This document shows positions 28,786 through 41,922 of a DNA stretch of 64,000 bases, piece after piece (within the stretch, counting starts at the first letter, position 1; each line of letters begins with the position of its first letter). This DNA is from a phage. A program made the position numbers and the translations under genes. Location: the sequence record PV467748.1; one strand, given 5' to 3'. Below the pieces are notes generated by a model. It was given only the letters and a program-made list of their open reading frames with translations, had not been told where the DNA came from and ran no database searches.

Positions 28786-29019
28786 TTATTCCAGAATAGT
28801 TTTAATAGTGGTTGCATTACGCTCTTTTAGAGCTCTTAATAGGCTATGGCAATTTTCAAGAATAGGTACTGTTTTGTAATTCATGTTGGCATAAACCCAA
28901 TCAGATTTATAGTACGATTTCCAACGAGAGAAAAAGTACTTTTTGTATTCTACTGAATAGGCTACTAAGCTTTCACCTTTTGAATTCAGACCTGAAAACT
29001 TAACTAGACGAAATTTCAT
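28786..29019 (-). CDS. Hypothetical protein (31.2 position), 77 aa
   Basis: ORF; position. Confidence 0.45.
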   Translation of the reverse strand: MKFRLVKFSGLNSKGESLVAYSVEYKKYFFSRWKSYYKSDWVYANMNYKTVPILENCHSLLRALKERNATTIKTILE

Positions 29020-29564
29020 TATTCACCACAATAGTTTTGAATTGATTCCCAGTTCAGAGAACGGAGGCCAGTACGGTTATACTGGATAACCTCAATGCCT
29101 GATTCACGGAGGATATCGTCCCACCCTTCAGGATTTCGGTCATAGAGTTCAGCATAAACCAGTGTTTTAATTCCGGACTGCGCAATAGACTTAGCACAAT
29201 CTGCACATGGGGACAGTGTCACATACATCGTAGCACCGTCAATAGAACTTCCTGTACGAGCTGCGAACAGGATAGCATTCAGTTCGGCATGGATTTCATT
29301 TTTAGATGACCATGCAGCGTGAGCCATACGGTGTTCTTTAAGAAGAACGGATTTGTGCGACATCCGAGTTGGGTCATACACCACACGGGTCCAGTCCTGT
29401 TCCACAGCGTGGTCACAACAGTTAACACCACCGGACGGTGAACCATTATACCCTGTAGAGATAATGCGACCATTCTTTTCAATAACCGCGCCCACTTTCC
29501 ATGAACAACATTTTGATTCTTGAGAAATCAGATATGCAATCTGAAGGTATGTGCTTGCTTTCAT
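29019..29564 (-). CDS. cd: dCMP deaminase
   Basis: 181 aa; zinc-binding deaminase motifs HAELNA...PCADC. Confidence 0.85.
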   Translation of the reverse strand: MKASTYLQIAYLISQESKCCSWKVGAVIEKNGRIISTGYNGSPSGGVNCCDHAVEQDWTRVVYDPTRMSHKSVLLKEHRMAHAAWSSKNEIHAELNAILFAARTGSSIDGATMYVTLSPCADCAKSIAQSGIKTLVYAELYDRNPEGWDDILRESGIEVIQYNRTGLRSLNWESIQNYCGE

Positions 29565-29902
29565 TACATCACCATGATATAGGCAGATTTAGCAGTTTCA
29601 ACACGATATAATTCATGTCGCAATTTCGTGATTGATTTTACACGTGAGGTTAATATACCATAACCATCTTTAAAGCGTTTTTTCTTATCAAAAAATACTA
29701 CACCCGCTAATGAACTACCAATTTCAACTGGTAACATAGTCAGCAGCACACCGTCATAATCAGCCGGGTTAATGCTTTTGAACAGGGTATCATTCATCAA
29801 CAAAGATCGGATAAATTGTATAGCGCCATCAGAGAGACCGCGATGGTCTCCATCCTTATCTTCTTGTAATGCGGTGGTAATAGCTTCTACTAAACTAATC
29901 AT
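29564..29902 (-). CDS. Hypothetical protein (cd.x), 112 aa
   Basis: ORF; start overlaps neighbour. Confidence 0.4.
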   Translation of the reverse strand: MISLVEAITTALQEDKDGDHRGLSDGAIQFIRSLLMNDTLFKSINPADYDGVLLTMLPVEIGSSLAGVVFFDKKKRFKDGYGILTSRVKSITKLRHELYRVETAKSAYIMVM

Positions 29903-30129
29903 TGATATACCCGCTGTGCTTCAACCAAACCGTCTGAACCTAGTTTTAACTGGGTAATCTGGTCGCCATCTTTAGGATTAACGATAACCAATACCGCACG
30001 TGGTGTTTCCTGGATTACTCGAAGAGTTGCATCAGGAAAACGTACAGAAACCTTATTAATCAGGGCCTGAGCAAATTCTTTAACTTTAACGTGGAACTGC
30101 TCTACAGTAATAGGTTGTTCGCTCAGCAT
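29899..30129 (-). CDS. Hypothetical protein (cd.x), 76 aa
   Basis: ORF; start overlaps neighbour. Confidence 0.4.
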   Translation of the reverse strand: MLSEQPITVEQFHVKVKEFAQALINKVSVRFPDATLRVIQETPRAVLVIVNPKDGDQITQLKLGSDGLVEAQRVYQ

Positions 30130-30680
30130 TAGATGGTCTCCAACTTAAGTTGTTTGGTAGTGGTAGCTTGGGTAACATCGCCTTTAACAATATAACACAC
30201 TTGTTGGAACGACTTAGTCAAAAGCTCTTCGGCTTGACGATCGGCTTGTTCCTTTGTGTTATGGCGAGAATGAACTTCAATCTTACCATTTTTAACGATA
30301 AGCACTTTCCAATCCGCAGTGGCTTTTACTGGTTTAGGCTCATTTTCAGGAATACTCACCGAGGCCAGTGGACGTACTACTTCAATAAAGTAATCGAATT
30401 CATGGCCAAAAAAGCCTGAGGAATTAAAAAGAACAGCATTTGCATCATCAGGATTACCTGTGATTTTGCTCAGGTCAACAAACCTCAACTCATCGTATAC
30501 ACGAATTCGGCTTACACGTTCACGCCCATTATGGTAATCAATTTCAACTTCAAACGGATTCATACCTACATACTTGGCAAAAGCTGTATTGAGGCCATAA
30601 GCGCCGTTATTAGTGAATTTGTTTTTAGTGTATTCACTACCGAACTTATAAAACTTACGCTCTTCAAAGAACTTGCTCAT
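30129..30680 (-). CDS. Hypothetical protein (cd.x), 183 aa
   Basis: ORF track 30129..30791; start moved to Met38 (MSKFFEERKFYK...) with GAGGA RBS. Confidence 0.45.
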   Translation of the reverse strand: MSKFFEERKFYKFGSEYTKNKFTNNGAYGLNTAFAKYVGMNPFEVEIDYHNGRERVSRIRVYDELRFVDLSKITGNPDDANAVLFNSSGFFGHEFDYFIEVVRPLASVSIPENEPKPVKATADWKVLIVKNGKIEVHSRHNTKEQADRQAEELLTKSFQQVCYIVKGDVTQATTTKQLKLETI

Positions 30681-30742
30681 TTCGATTTCCTCATTTGTTT
30701 CGGTAGGACTACTATACCACAGTCCTACCATGATGTAAACAC

Positions 30743-31021
30743 TTAAATTGCTTCGACAACTACCGTTTGTTTCTGGAAGTCCATTTTGCATGAAATAGCC
30801 AAAATGTGGTTATCAATTTTAAATGGAACGATTGCAAATGCTGCACCAGACGTGAGTTGGACAGTGATTGCATCAACTGCATCTGGGAACATGATTTCCA
30901 GAATAGCAGACAAACGGCCGTGAACTTTTAATTCAATCGACGTGTCGACAGGTTCGTATAGGTAATCAGATACAATCTGACTAAAAACTACTTTAACAAT
31001 TTCAGAATAAGTAGGGAACAT
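30743..31021 (-). CDS. Hypothetical protein, 92 aa
   Basis: ORF. Confidence 0.4.
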   Translation of the reverse strand: MFPTYSEIVKVVFSQIVSDYLYEPVDTSIELKVHGRLSAILEIMFPDAVDAITVQLTSGAAFAIVPFKIDNHILAISCKMDFQKQTVVVEAI

Positions 31022-31028
31022 AATTACC

Positions 31029-31349
31029 TCAGTGTACTGTATGGACCTTCACGTTAACAATAAACCGGTCAACGACTTCAGTCAGAGGAACGAACTCAAC
31101 ATAGTACTCACCTTTGTAACGTTCATTCAAATCGTTACGGAGAGCGGCAAGCGAGTTAATGAGAGCAGGAGACATATTCTGTCCTACCAGTTTCTGAAGC
31201 TCTTTATAAGCTTCTTCTTCAACTTCATGGTGTTTGTTATACATAATGTTTTTCCAAGAAGGCAAGGAGTTCTGGCGCTGATTTAAAAATACCACCATCG
31301 ACCCTGTCTTCATCTTTATAGTCCATAACATCCAGGCCAATACGTCCAT
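31029..31349 (-). CDS. Hypothetical protein, up to 106 aa, start uncertain
   Basis: ORF overlaps upstream ORF; internal Met (MYNKHHEVEEE...) plausible. Confidence 0.35.
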   Translation of the reverse strand: MDVLAWMLWTIKMKTGSMVVFLNQRQNSLPSWKNIMYNKHHEVEEEAYKELQKLVGQNMSPALINSLAALRNDLNERYKGEYYVEFVPLTEVVDRFIVNVKVHTVH

Positions 31350-31433
31350 CAGTTAAAGGCCATACGCCGAAGAAAAAGCATTTACGTTTTTCAATTTCTT
31401 CGATTGTACGAAAAATCTTTTCGATATTATTCA

Positions 31434-31434
<1 letters not shown>
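31237..31434 (-). CDS. Hypothetical protein, 65 aa
   Basis: ORF immediately downstream of pseT. Confidence 0.35.
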
Positions 31435-32659
<1,225 letters not shown>

Positions 32660-32689
32660 AATAATTTCCTCAAATTTTATAATCCGTAG

Positions 32690-32725
32690 GAGCATTATAC
32701 TCTGCTCCCAAGAGTTTGTAAACTA
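32690..32725 (-). promoter_or_regulatory. T4-type early promoter (minus), consensus-like GTTTACA/17 bp/TATAAT
   Basis: rc reads GTTTACAaactcttgggagcagagTATAAT. Confidence 0.6.
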
Positions 32726-32826
32726 CTTTCCAAAAAGACCATGCATACACATGCTGAACACAATCCCAAAACAAAAGAATGCGGCGCCAAATCTAACGGC
32801 ATCCCAACCGCAAACACATGTCTCAA

Positions 32827-33117
32827 TCATTTGCACTTCTCCTCTTTTAGTCCAGAACGATAATAACATAACATAGATTTCTGGTCTTGTACATATCTTT
32901 TTACGTCATTCAACCAAATGCGATGTTCTTGAGAGTCTTCAAATGGCATACCGACCCAAGCCTTACCATCGATTACCTTAACCTGCCACTTAACATTATG
33001 TTCGGCAATAGGTTGTGGCCATGAAGGGTGGAGTTGTTGTTTAGGCGCTACAGGAACATCCTGGGCACATCCAACTAGCAATCCAATAGATAACATTACA
33101 ACAGCCAATTTAATCAT
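32827..33117 (-). CDS. pseT.2: o-spanin (outer membrane lipoprotein, Rz1 equivalent)
   Basis: 96 aa; signal peptide with lipobox LLVGC; start overlaps i-spanin stop. Confidence 0.7.
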   Translation of the reverse strand: MIKLAVVMLSIGLLVGCAQDVPVAPKQQLHPSWPQPIAEHNVKWQVKVIDGKAWVGMPFEDSQEHRIWLNDVKRYVQDQKSMLCYYRSGLKEEKCK

Positions 33118-33467
33118 TCTGTGATGCTCCTGAAGTCTTCTGTAAAGGAATCGAAGGACTTGTTGATTTGTTTTTCGACCAATCCTGGCTTACTTGCCAC
33201 CACGTGCGCCTTCTTCGAATCTTTACGGAGCTTTTCATTTTCTACCTTAATTTTATCCATTCGGGCATTCATTTCAGTAGTGCGGAATTCAATATCAGAG
33301 TATTGACCACGAAGGTCCTCTACAGCTTCAGCGTTCTGTTTAGCTGTTTGCTGGGTTGTTTTCAGTTCTTCAGTAAGGGTATCAATACGGCTTGATTGAT
33401 ACGAAATAAGACTGTACGCGCCTACTGCAATGGCTCCGGCTAAAAGGTAAATACTTAATTTAGACAT
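33114..33467 (-). CDS. pseT.3: i-spanin (inner membrane, Rz equivalent)
   Basis: 117 aa; N-terminal transmembrane helix (IYLLAGAIAVGAYSLISY) then coiled-coil; upstream of lipoprotein gene. Confidence 0.7.
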   Translation of the reverse strand: MSKLSIYLLAGAIAVGAYSLISYQSSRIDTLTEELKTTQQTAKQNAEAVEDLRGQYSDIEFRTTEMNARMDKIKVENEKLRKDSKKAHVVASKPGLVEKQINKSFDSFTEDFRSITE

Positions 33468-33955
33468 TTGGTAATAATCTCGATGATGTCATCACGTGAC
33501 AGGGAATTAATAAGAACCGTTTTAGGATTTTCACACTGAATTTTATACGTTTCAAACATGAAACACAATTCTTCAGCGGTATGGTAAGGACTTGAAATGC
33601 CAAGGCGATTAAACTTGTCGCTTAATGGGTCACAAATCAAATAGAACGTGATGCCTGAGATTTTAACATTAGGCTGGCTGATGTTAATGAATACCTCGGC
33701 ATCGTATTTGGAAAGGTTGTTTTGGAGAAACTCGACCATAGAGTTAACAGCTTCCGGCATGGCTTCACGCTTTTCTTCTGCATAACGGGTAGAGTATTCT
33801 TTTTGCTTAATTTTCTTTTTAGCATTTTTGGCTAAAGTAACACGAAGATCGGTCAGGTAACCTACTGCACGAGAACCTTTAAAAACTTGGATGCCGTCAG
33901 TAGAGTCACCAAAAGCCTTAACAACCATTTCGTTAGTAATCATTTGCATATTCAT
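33455..33955 (-). CDS. alc: Alc-like host transcription inhibitor
   Basis: ORF track 33455..33970; Met6 start after AGGAG RBS gives 166 aa (T4 Alc 167 aa); position between spanins and rnlA. Confidence 0.6.
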   Translation of the reverse strand: MNMQMITNEMVVKAFGDSTDGIQVFKGSRAVGYLTDLRVTLAKNAKKKIKQKEYSTRYAEEKREAMPEAVNSMVEFLQNNLSKYDAEVFINISQPNVKISGITFYLICDPLSDKFNRLGISSPYHTAEELCFMFETYKIQCENPKTVLINSLSRDDIIEIITKCLN

Positions 33956-33982
33956 TTGTTTTCTCCTCATTAGTTGGTAAGT

Positions 33983-34014
33983 CTATACTAACACATCATG
34001 AGGAGATGTAAACT
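33983..34014 (-). promoter_or_regulatory. T4-type early promoter (minus)
   Basis: rc reads GTTTACAtctcctcatgatgtgtTAGTAT upstream of alc. Confidence 0.5.
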
Positions 34015-35161
34015 ACTCTACCACAATTTCTTTCAAATATTTTTCAGGGATTTGGGCTTTGTGGTTTTTCAAGAACACAGAGTTAATCTGGTCTACAACC
34101 ATATCATAATTAATACCGCCTACGTACGCCTGCATAAGAATAGAGAACAGCCCTGGGAAGTCCTTAAGGATTAATTGACCTGTAACGGCGTAGTCCTTAC
34201 GGTCACGACCCTTGAGCTGAGAATATGCTGCTTCTAACAAGGCCAATGATTGTTCTAGGTAATCTAAATGGATACGTTCAAAGGCATCGATTTTCTCGAT
34301 AGCAAACGAATCCGTACTGAACAATCCACGAAGGTCATCGGTTCCACCTGCAACTACAACTTCAAACAAACGTTCGTTATTGTTAATGGAATCCTTGGTA
34401 TGATGCAGTGCACTGTACCAGGCCGTTTTGAGTTTAAAGAACGTACCATCTTTCAGTACAAAGATGAAACCTTCAATACCCTCTTGTTTACGGATGTTTT
34501 CTACGAAATCACCCTCAGTAAGGTCATAACTTTCAACCAAATGCTTACGCAACGCAGCGTCCTTAAACAGTTCAGCATACGGAATATATTCACCTGTTTC
34601 ATTATTACGAACGTTCAACAGGATAAGATTTGTTTCTTGGTAAGCCAGCACGATACGGTTGGTAGGTGCTACATATTCAAGGTTGCAGGTGTACCCTGCT
34701 TTGGTGATTTCTTCCAGTCGAGCAGCGAAGGCCTCGTTTTCAGGGAGACGAAGGAAACGTAAAGAATCATGTACCATTGATGAATGGATAGAACCTTTAG
34801 ATTTAACAGAAAGATACTGTCGGTCCATGAATGTAGAAATCAGAGAACCGTCTTCCTTAGCCATTACGAGGTCGATATTTTCCGGCGACAAATCCAGACC
34901 GATAGTCATAGGGTTTTCGTCGAGGTTAAAGAACTTTTGCATAGGACGAGCAGCAATACGTACCGGACCGTTCTCGTCCATTTCAAACATAATGCCTCGG
35001 CACTCTAGTGCGCCGTCTTCCAACCAATCACTGTACGATGCATAGTTATAACTAAAGATGCGATAGTTGACTCCTAGCGCACTCTGAAAGTCTTTAAAGA
35101 AGAACTTAGATTTAGTCGAGTTTTTAACCAGGGCCATCAAGTTATCATATAATTCAATCAT
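34013..35161 (-). CDS. rnlA: RNA ligase 1 (Rnl1)
   Basis: 382 aa; collinear with recalled T4 RnlA incl. FSYNYASYSDWL, ECRGIMFEMD, adenylation motif AKEDGSL, NRIVLAYQE. Confidence 0.9.
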   Translation of the reverse strand: MIELYDNLMALVKNSTKSKFFFKDFQSALGVNYRIFSYNYASYSDWLEDGALECRGIMFEMDENGPVRIAARPMQKFFNLDENPMTIGLDLSPENIDLVMAKEDGSLISTFMDRQYLSVKSKGSIHSSMVHDSLRFLRLPENEAFAARLEEITKAGYTCNLEYVAPTNRIVLAYQETNLILLNVRNNETGEYIPYAELFKDAALRKHLVESYDLTEGDFVENIRKQEGIEGFIFVLKDGTFFKLKTAWYSALHHTKDSINNNERLFEVVVAGGTDDLRGLFSTDSFAIEKIDAFERIHLDYLEQSLALLEAAYSQLKGRDRKDYAVTGQLILKDFPGLFSILMQAYVGGINYDMVVDQINSVFLKNHKAQIPEKYLKEIVVE

Positions 35162-35571
35162 TGCTTTATCCTATGTTGAGTATTCCAAGGTGGATTAAAT
35201 TTCTTTATGAACATTGGCTCTTCAAGAGACATGGTCTCAACTGACATAGTTCCAAGTTCGTTAGTCATCGACAGATTAAAGCACTGCCGTGCATAGAACT
35301 CCACCTTTTTACCTGCCATTAATGCTTCATGAATCAGAATGGACTTAGTCGAATCTGACGTTTGGTCCTTACGATTAATAGCTGTACGGTAGTAGTTGAT
35401 GCGCTTACGAAGATTTTTAGTCTTCCCGACGTAGACTAGTATATCATCAACCGCTATAGCATATATGACATTTTGTTTATTTGGTACTGTGAGTGGAGCT
35501 ATGGTGGCGTCATCTTGGAGTTCTAGGGTGACGTACTTGATAAAGCTAAATTCGTCTGCGATTTCTTTCAT
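35158..35571 (-). CDS. denA: Endonuclease II (GIY-YIG)
   Basis: ORF track 35158..35595 N-term translates a hairpin; Met9 start gives 137 aa; MKEIADEFSFIKY..., GIY-YIG-like VIYAIAVDDILVYVGKT. Confidence 0.85.
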   Translation of the reverse strand: MKEIADEFSFIKYVTLELQDDATIAPLTVPNKQNVIYAIAVDDILVYVGKTKNLRKRINYYRTAINRKDQTSDSTKSILIHEALMAGKKVEFYARQCFNLSMTNELGTMSVETMSLEEPMFIKKFNPPWNTQHRIKQ

Positions 35572-35579
35572 AGCAATAA

Positions 35580-35593
35580 GGGGCCGAAGCCCC
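35580..35593 (-). promoter_or_regulatory. Intercistronic RNA hairpin ggggc-UUCG-gcccc between nrdB and denA
   Basis: 5 bp GC stem with UUCG tetraloop on minus-strand RNA, immediately upstream of denA RBS. Confidence 0.5.
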
Positions 35594-35598
35594 ATTCC

Positions 35599-36777
35599 TT
35601 AAAAATATTTCTTGTACGATGCCATTACTTTTTCATCGACATCGTTATCAATTTGTGCTACAAGGTAAGAACTGATTTCCACTTCCTGAGGAGCAGCCTG
35701 TACAGCATCAGAGTTCAGGTATTCTCGAATCCAAGGATAAGGATGGCGAGTAGGGGCATCAGTAATAGGACATGGTAAGCCACATTGCTTCATACGAGAA
35801 ACTGTCAGGTAATCGACAAAAGCACCCATGTTCTGAGTATTTAATCCAGGGCAAGTACCATCTTTGAACAGGTGAGTGGCCCATTCTTTTTCTTGACGGT
35901 TAACTTCCATGAAAATATCAACGGCTTCTTGTTCGCACTCTTGAGCAATTTTAACCCATTCATCCCCATCAGTACCAAGTTGGAGTTGACGAATAATGTA
36001 CTGAGTACCCTTAAGGTGAAGCTGTTCATCACGTGCAATGAACTTCATAATCTTAGCATTACCTTCCATGATTTCCATGTTTTTATGGAAGTTAAAGGTG
36101 CATGCGAAAGATACATAAAAACGAATAGCTTCCAACGCGTTGATTACATGAAGGCAAAGGTAAAGGGATTTCATTAGCTCACGCTTCCAATACATCTCAT
36201 GCTCAATAGCATCTTCAATATCGTCTTCGTCTGCATTAATTTCTTTTTGGTATTCGATATCAGCTTTAGCATTCTGCCAATAGCGAGTTTTCTCAATAAC
36301 GTCATCATAGTAACGACCAATGGACTCGGCACGTTTCATGATAGCGTCGTCTAACAGAATTTCATCAAATACCTTAGATGGGTCTGTATAGAGGTTACGC
36401 ATGATATGGGTATACGAACGAGAGTGAATGGTTTCACTAAAGGTCCATGTAGCCACCCATGTATCAAGGCTAGGGTCTGAAATCAAGGCTTGAAGTGCAG
36501 CAGAAGGAGCACGTCCCTGGATACTGTCCAGAAGTGATTGATACTTCAGATTATTGGTAAAAATATTTTGCTGGAATTGTGGAAGCTTATTAAACTGGGC
36601 AGCATCCATCATCAAGTTAACTTCCTCTGGACGCCAGAAAAAACTCAACTGCTTCTCACAAAGCTCTTCGAATACTTTATGGCGTTGGATATCATAACGA
36701 GCAATACCCAATCCTGAACCAAAGAACATCGGTTCGACTAAAACATTAACTGGGGTAGTATTAAAAACTGTAGACAT
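35599..36777 (-). CDS. nrdB: Ribonucleotide reductase small subunit
   Basis: ORF track 35599..36807; Met11 start (MSTVFNTTPV...) matches recalled T4 NrdB N-terminus; continuous ORF, no intron. Confidence 0.9.
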   Translation of the reverse strand: MSTVFNTTPVNVLVEPMFFGSGLGIARYDIQRHKVFEELCEKQLSFFWRPEEVNLMMDAAQFNKLPQFQQNIFTNNLKYQSLLDSIQGRAPSAALQALISDPSLDTWVATWTFSETIHSRSYTHIMRNLYTDPSKVFDEILLDDAIMKRAESIGRYYDDVIEKTRYWQNAKADIEYQKEINADEDDIEDAIEHEMYWKRELMKSLYLCLHVINALEAIRFYVSFACTFNFHKNMEIMEGNAKIMKFIARDEQLHLKGTQYIIRQLQLGTDGDEWVKIAQECEQEAVDIFMEVNRQEKEWATHLFKDGTCPGLNTQNMGAFVDYLTVSRMKQCGLPCPITDAPTRHPYPWIREYLNSDAVQAAPQEVEISSYLVAQIDNDVDEKVMASYKKYF

Positions 36778-36830
36778 GTTATTCTCATTTGTTAGTGACT
36801 CATCCATGAGTCAATTATAATCAGATTTTA

Positions 36831-39086
36831 TTAAAGCTTACAAGCTGCGCAATCATCGGCTTTAGGAGTTTCTAATTCATAATCATCAGTACCAGAGCCA
36901 TCACGGGTATTGTGGTAGTAAAAATTCTTGAGCCCATAATACCATCCGTACAGCAGGTCATCAAGCATTACCGACATAGGAACTTTTCCTTTTGGGAAAA
37001 TCTGTGGGTCGTAATATGTATTAGCTGATGCTGATTGACACACCCATTTCAACGCTATTGCCACTTGGGTAAGATAAGGTTTATTACCTTTCTTAGCAAG
37101 GGTCCAAGCATAATCATACAACCCTAGGTTATGTTCTACATTAGGAACTACCTGACGGAAGTTACCTTCTTTAGATTCTTTAATACTTACCGGGCCACGT
37201 GGAGGTTCGATACCGTTTGTAGAGTTGGAAACCTGGCTGCTTGATTCACACGGCATAAGTGCTGATAATGTGCTATTACGGATGCCATGTTTAGCCAAGT
37301 CTTCCCGCAACGACGTCCAGTCACAAACATAGTTAGGGGCTGCGATTTGGTCAATCTTTTTATTGTACCAGTCGATAGGTAATTCGCCTCGAGACCATTT
37401 AGTGTCTGAATAATACTCGCAAGGTCCTTTTTCTTCGGCCAACTTGATGGATGCTCGGATAAGTCCATATTGTAATCTCTCAAACAATTCATGAGTTAAA
37501 TCGTTAGCGTCTTCATAAGAAGCAAAGTTGCTTGCTAACCAAGCGGCATAGTTCGTAACACCAACGCCCAGGTTACGACGTTTCTTAGCCTTCAGAGCTT
37601 CAGGAACAGGATAATCTTGGTAGTCTAACAAGTTATCAAGTGCACGGACTTGTACTTCAGCAAGCTCGTTAATTTTGTCTTGGTCCTGCCAATCGAAATT
37701 ATCCAGCACAAATGCAGACAACGTACACAATCCGATTTCAGCGTCCGGACTATTCACATCAGTAGTCGGGATAGCAATTTCACAACACAAGTTGCTCTGG
37801 CGAATAGGAGCTTTTTCACGAATAAATGGTGTGAAGTTGTTAGTGTTATCAACGAACTGAGGATAAATTCGTGCAGTGCCTGAACGTTCAGTCATGAACA
37901 ATTCAAAGAGGTCACGTGCTTTAATACGTTTCTTACGAATACTAGGGTCTTTTTCTGCGGCTTCATACAATTCACGGAAACGGTCTTGGTCTTCGAAATA
38001 AGAATGGTAAAGCTCACCACCCATTTCATGAGGACTAAACAGGGTAATATAATCATTTTTACCGAAACGTTCCATCATAAGGTCGTTCATCTGGATTCCG
38101 TAGTCCATATGGCGAATACGGTTCTCATCGACTCCTTTGTTGTTTTTCAGAACGAGCAGATTTTCAACTTCCAAATGCCAAATAGGATAATAAGCAGTAG
38201 CAGCGCCGCCACGGATTCCACCTTGTGAACATGATTTAACAGCAGTCTGGAAATGTTTCCAGAATGGAATAACGCCTGTATGTTTGACTTCACCCATGCC
38301 AATACGAGAACCTTCAGCACGAATCATACCAACGTTGATACCAATACCTGCACGTTTAGAAATGTATTCAATTATTGAGTTAGCAGTTTTGTTAATAGAT
38401 TTCAGTGAGTCGCCTGCTTCAATAACCACACAAGAACTAAATTGACGGGTAGGTGTACGTGCTCCAGCCATAATAGGAGTCGGTAATGAAACCTGACGGG
38501 TACTTACAGCATCATAAAAACGAATAATATGGGCTAAACGATTACCCGGCTCGTCTTGGTGTAAGGCCATGCCAATACACATGATAGCGAACTGAGGGGT
38601 TTCGTAGATTTTACCGGTTGTTTTATCTTTAACCAGATATTTCTCTTTAAGCTGCATCGCCCCAGCATAAGTCAATTCGAAATCGCGTTCATGCTTTATA
38701 TGAGATTCTAAGAAAGTAATTTCTTCTGCAGAATATCGAGACAGCAATTCGGGGTCATATTTACCTTCGTTAACACAATAGGAAATATGGTCAATAAAAC
38801 TACGTGGTTCGAACTGGCCATAAACTTCTTTACGCAGTGCAAACATCAATTCTTTTGCAGCCACATATTGGTAATCAGGCTCTTCAACCGAGATAAGGTT
38901 GGCTGCTACCTTAACAGTCAGATTCTGGATATCTTTGGTAGTCATACCATCACGAAGATGAGATTTGATTTCTTCATATAATTTATAGGGGTCGATTTGG
39001 GTTCCTTCACAGCCCCAAGTCAGAACTTTAATAATTTTTTGTGCGTCAAAATCTTGGGATACACCACTACTTTTTTGTACTTGCAT
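36831..39086 (-). CDS. nrdA: Ribonucleotide reductase large subunit
   Basis: 751 aa (T4 754 aa); C-terminal redox cysteines ...CAACKL; position. Confidence 0.9.
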   Translation of the reverse strand: MQVQKSSGVSQDFDAQKIIKVLTWGCEGTQIDPYKLYEEIKSHLRDGMTTKDIQNLTVKVAANLISVEEPDYQYVAAKELMFALRKEVYGQFEPRSFIDHISYCVNEGKYDPELLSRYSAEEITFLESHIKHERDFELTYAGAMQLKEKYLVKDKTTGKIYETPQFAIMCIGMALHQDEPGNRLAHIIRFYDAVSTRQVSLPTPIMAGARTPTRQFSSCVVIEAGDSLKSINKTANSIIEYISKRAGIGINVGMIRAEGSRIGMGEVKHTGVIPFWKHFQTAVKSCSQGGIRGGAATAYYPIWHLEVENLLVLKNNKGVDENRIRHMDYGIQMNDLMMERFGKNDYITLFSPHEMGGELYHSYFEDQDRFRELYEAAEKDPSIRKKRIKARDLFELFMTERSGTARIYPQFVDNTNNFTPFIREKAPIRQSNLCCEIAIPTTDVNSPDAEIGLCTLSAFVLDNFDWQDQDKINELAEVQVRALDNLLDYQDYPVPEALKAKKRRNLGVGVTNYAAWLASNFASYEDANDLTHELFERLQYGLIRASIKLAEEKGPCEYYSDTKWSRGELPIDWYNKKIDQIAAPNYVCDWTSLREDLAKHGIRNSTLSALMPCESSSQVSNSTNGIEPPRGPVSIKESKEGNFRQVVPNVEHNLGLYDYAWTLAKKGNKPYLTQVAIALKWVCQSASANTYYDPQIFPKGKVPMSVMLDDLLYGWYYGLKNFYYHNTRDGSGTDDYELETPKADDCAACKL

Positions 39087-39214
39087 AATTTCCTCAATAT
39101 GTTAGGTTCTACAATTATTCTATCATAGAACCTGTTAAGCATGGACTGATATTTATAGAATGAAATTCAGTCCGACCATAATAACCAAAAACAGAGTACA
39201 GATTATTTGAATTT

Positions 39215-40900
<1,686 letters not shown>

Positions 40901-40923
40901 TTTATTCTCCTTAGTTGACAAGG

Positions 40924-40956
40924 CTATAGTATCACTACCATAGCCTGATGTAAACT
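40924..40956 (-). promoter_or_regulatory. T4-type early promoter (minus)
   Basis: rc reads GTTTACAtcaggctatggtagtgaTACTAT. Confidence 0.5.
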
Positions 40957-41183
40957 TATTTTTGAATTAAGCCCATATAAAATTTAGCGTCTTCCGGGTG
41001 CATACCGTCACAATACTCGCCAGCCATAAAGCGGGTAAGGTCTTCAAGAGGACCTTGAACTTCAATTTGCATACTACAGAATTGTGTGTCTTTGATATAA
41101 GTCATAGTCAAAGAAGGATAACTATTACGGATAACTTCGTAAGTGTATTCAAAATCAACGATATCAATATTAACTTTAGCCAT
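40956..41183 (-). CDS. Hypothetical protein (frd.2 position), 75 aa
   Basis: ORF with early promoter upstream. Confidence 0.45.
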   Translation of the reverse strand: MAKVNIDIVDFEYTYEVIRNSYPSLTMTYIKDTQFCSMQIEVQGPLEDLTRFMAGEYCDGMHPEDAKFYMGLIQK

Positions 41184-41210
41184 TTTATTTTCCTCATGTA
41201 GTTGATAGGT

Positions 41211-41242
41211 CTATAGTATCATGACTACAGACCTTGTAAACA
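41211..41242 (-). promoter_or_regulatory. T4-type early promoter (minus)
   Basis: rc reads GTTTACAaggtctgtagtcatgaTACTAT. Confidence 0.55.
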
Positions 41243-41243
41243 C

Positions 41244-41504
41244 TTATTTTTGAATTTTATCGAGCCACTTACCGAGTTTAATCATTTCTTTGGTAGCTTT
41301 TTCCATACTTCTGAATTTAACCAGTAAAGGTTGGGCATCAACACCCATAACTAAGCTGGTTACAAGACTATGTTCACCTACAAGCCATAAAGAATACGTT
41401 TGAATATCGAGCCCGTAATTTCGGTCTTTATGGACCCGTACACCCATCACTTCAAATTTCTCACTGGCTTTTTCTACTGCATCCAGGAAATCATCTTTAG
41501 TCAT
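41244..41504 (-). CDS. Hypothetical protein, 86 aa from Met22
   Basis: ORF track 41244..41567 overlaps upstream gene; Met22 start abuts upstream stop. Confidence 0.4.
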   Translation of the reverse strand: MTKDDFLDAVEKASEKFEVMGVRVHKDRNYGLDIQTYSLWLVGEHSLVTSLVMGVDAQPLLVKFRSMEKATKEMIKLGKWLDKIQK

Positions 41505-41505
41505 A

Positions 41506-41895
41506 TTAGGCCTTAAAAGTTTTTTGCAAAAGTTCAATGATTTGGTCAACGTTCTGTTCGGTGACAATGCAATGGATTTGAGTCACACCTGCCTTAGCAA
41601 TAGGCGCATCGATTTCTTTATCTTCCACAACATATTCACGGAAGCAATAGAACTCATCTTCGTGCAATTCAAAATAATTTGGCGCTAACCCAACTTCATT
41701 ATAAATCTCGCCGTTAGCGCATTCGATTTCAGTCACAAATTTGTCGCCATCCATGGTCAACATATCCTTTACTTCAAACCAACCGCCGTTGTCTTGGATA
41801 AGGTCGACCATGCTTTTATTATTTTCATATTCGTCCATTTCAATAAAGTCTTTAATGCATTCAGGGCGAAGTTCGTATTTTTTACCGATTTCCAT
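41506..41895 (-). CDS. Hypothetical acidic protein, 129 aa
   Basis: ORF with early promoter upstream. Confidence 0.45.
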   Translation of the reverse strand: MEIGKKYELRPECIKDFIEMDEYENNKSMVDLIQDNGGWFEVKDMLTMDGDKFVTEIECANGEIYNEVGLAPNYFELHEDEFYCFREYVVEDKEIDAPIAKAGVTQIHCIVTEQNVDQIIELLQKTFKA

Positions 41896-41922
41896 TTTTA
41901 TTTCCTCATGTAGTTGATAGGT

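Noticed and set aside
41190-41245. Plus-strand sigma70 promoter reading of the recurring ttgata...tatagt/tataat motif
   Set aside because: On the plus strand the TTGATA and TATAGT elements are only about 4 nt apart; the same sequence on the minus strand gives a properly spaced GTTTACA/17 bp/TAnTAT early promoter in front of minus-strand genes.
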